Position numbers and translations under genes: made by a program
Shown here: one piece after another, positions 34,853 to 35,593 of the stretch
Position numbering within the stretch: the stretch's first letter is position 1
How the letters are laid out: each line of letters opens with the position of its first letter
The notes under the pieces: model-generated
Told to the model about the DNA's origin: nothing
Database searches by the model: none
What the model saw: the letters and a program-made list of their open reading frames with translations, nothing else
Source: Octopus bimaculoides
Taxonomy: Eukaryota
NCBI RefSeq assembly: GCF_001194135.2
Contig: NC_068996.1
Span: 26,171,424-26,207,016, forward strand
Direction: 5' to 3'
DNA: 35,593 bases

Positions 34853-35335
34853 GTTTGAAAACTTAAGGACACAGAACGCTTGTGTCATGTAGCCAACTGG
34901 AAACAATGTTTCCTGGGGCCAAATAGCAGCAGCATTCTTCCCTTTCTCGAGACTTCCACATTAAGTTGGCAACAAACCGTCACTTTATCCTGCTGCTACT
35001 GTATAAGTCTCTCTGAGAGATTTAGAAATGCAGTATTTCTAATTTTGTAGATCAATGAATTTATTTCACTTGAAATTCTATAAGTTTTCAAAGGCAAATA
35101 AGCATCGATAGCTAGCAAGCCAAGCTACTTCAGACTGATGAAAAGCAATAACTCTGAAACTAGTCTCTGGATGCTGGCTTTGCTGGGTGGAGGTGCTTAT
35201 CTCTCCTGTTTGAAAACTTAGGGATACAGAATGCCTGTCTCACATAGCCACTGGAAACAATGTTTCCTGGGGCTAAATAGCAGTAGCATTCTTCCCTTTC
35301 CTGGGACTGCCACATTAAGTTGGCAACAAACCATC
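34853..35335 (+). mobile_element. Partial tandem element: ~125 bp direct repeats (34853-34979, 35207-35332) flanking a hammerhead
   Basis: GTTTGAAAACTTA.GGA.ACAGAA...CTGGAAACAATGTTTCCTGGGGC.AAATAGCAG.AGCATTCTTCCCTTT...CCACATTAAGTTGGCAACAAACC occurs twice at ~354 bp period. Confidence 0.8.
35129..35171 (+). ncRNA. Type I minimal hammerhead ribozyme, intact core
   Basis: ttcaga-CTGATGA(35135-35141)-aaag-caataa-ctct-GAAA(35156-35159)-cta-GTC-tctgga. 6 bp stem I, extendable with bulges; palindromic ACTAGT stem III; predicted cleavage after 35165. Confidence 0.8.
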
Positions 35336-35364
35336 ATGATATATATATATATATATATATATAT

Positions 35365-35593
35365 ATCATCATCATCATCATCGTTTAACGTCCGCTTTCC
35401 ATGCTAGCATGGGTTGGACGATTTGACTGAGGACTGGTGAAACCGGATGGCAACACCAGGCTCCAGTCTGATTTGGCAGAGTTTCTACAGCTGGATGCCC
35501 TTCCTAACGCCAACCACTCAGAGAGTGTAGTGGGTGCTTTTACGTGTCACCCGCACGAAAACGGCCACGCTCGAAATGGTGTCTTTTATGTGC
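35365..35593 (-). mobile_element. Young repeat family C copy, truncated by window end
   Basis: Near-identical to the reverse complement of 9050-9283. Confidence 0.9.

Overview
AT-rich, repeat-saturated animal genomic DNA, most likely octopod cephalopod. That assignment is inferred from my recognition of the dominant SINE families and the CA/TA/CAT/TAA microsatellite load, not from a database match. There are two assembly gaps (7319-7928, 33253-33673). I find no confident host protein-coding exon, and almost every ORF in the supplied track is a microsatellite or SINE artefact. The recognisable coding remnants are all non-LTR retrotransposon fragments: RTE-like (5390-5475, 13430-13770, 15207-16070), Tx1/L1-like (28780-29310), and three restriction-like-endonuclease (R4/Dong-type) elements sitting in (TAA)n or (CATA)n arrays. 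The main unexplained signal is a set of minimal type I hammerhead ribozyme motifs of the kind associated with Penelope-like elements. Three have an intact catalytic core (7172-7257, 11175-11231, 35129-35171), one is a head-to-head pair (11564-11704), and three are degenerate relics. Several lie inside or share sequence with long fold-back inverted repeats (61, 88 and 175 bp arms) and a partial tandem repeat, which suggests non-autonomous ribozyme-bearing retroelements that leave long hairpins. No ribozyme activity, transcription or database identity can be confirmed from sequence alone.
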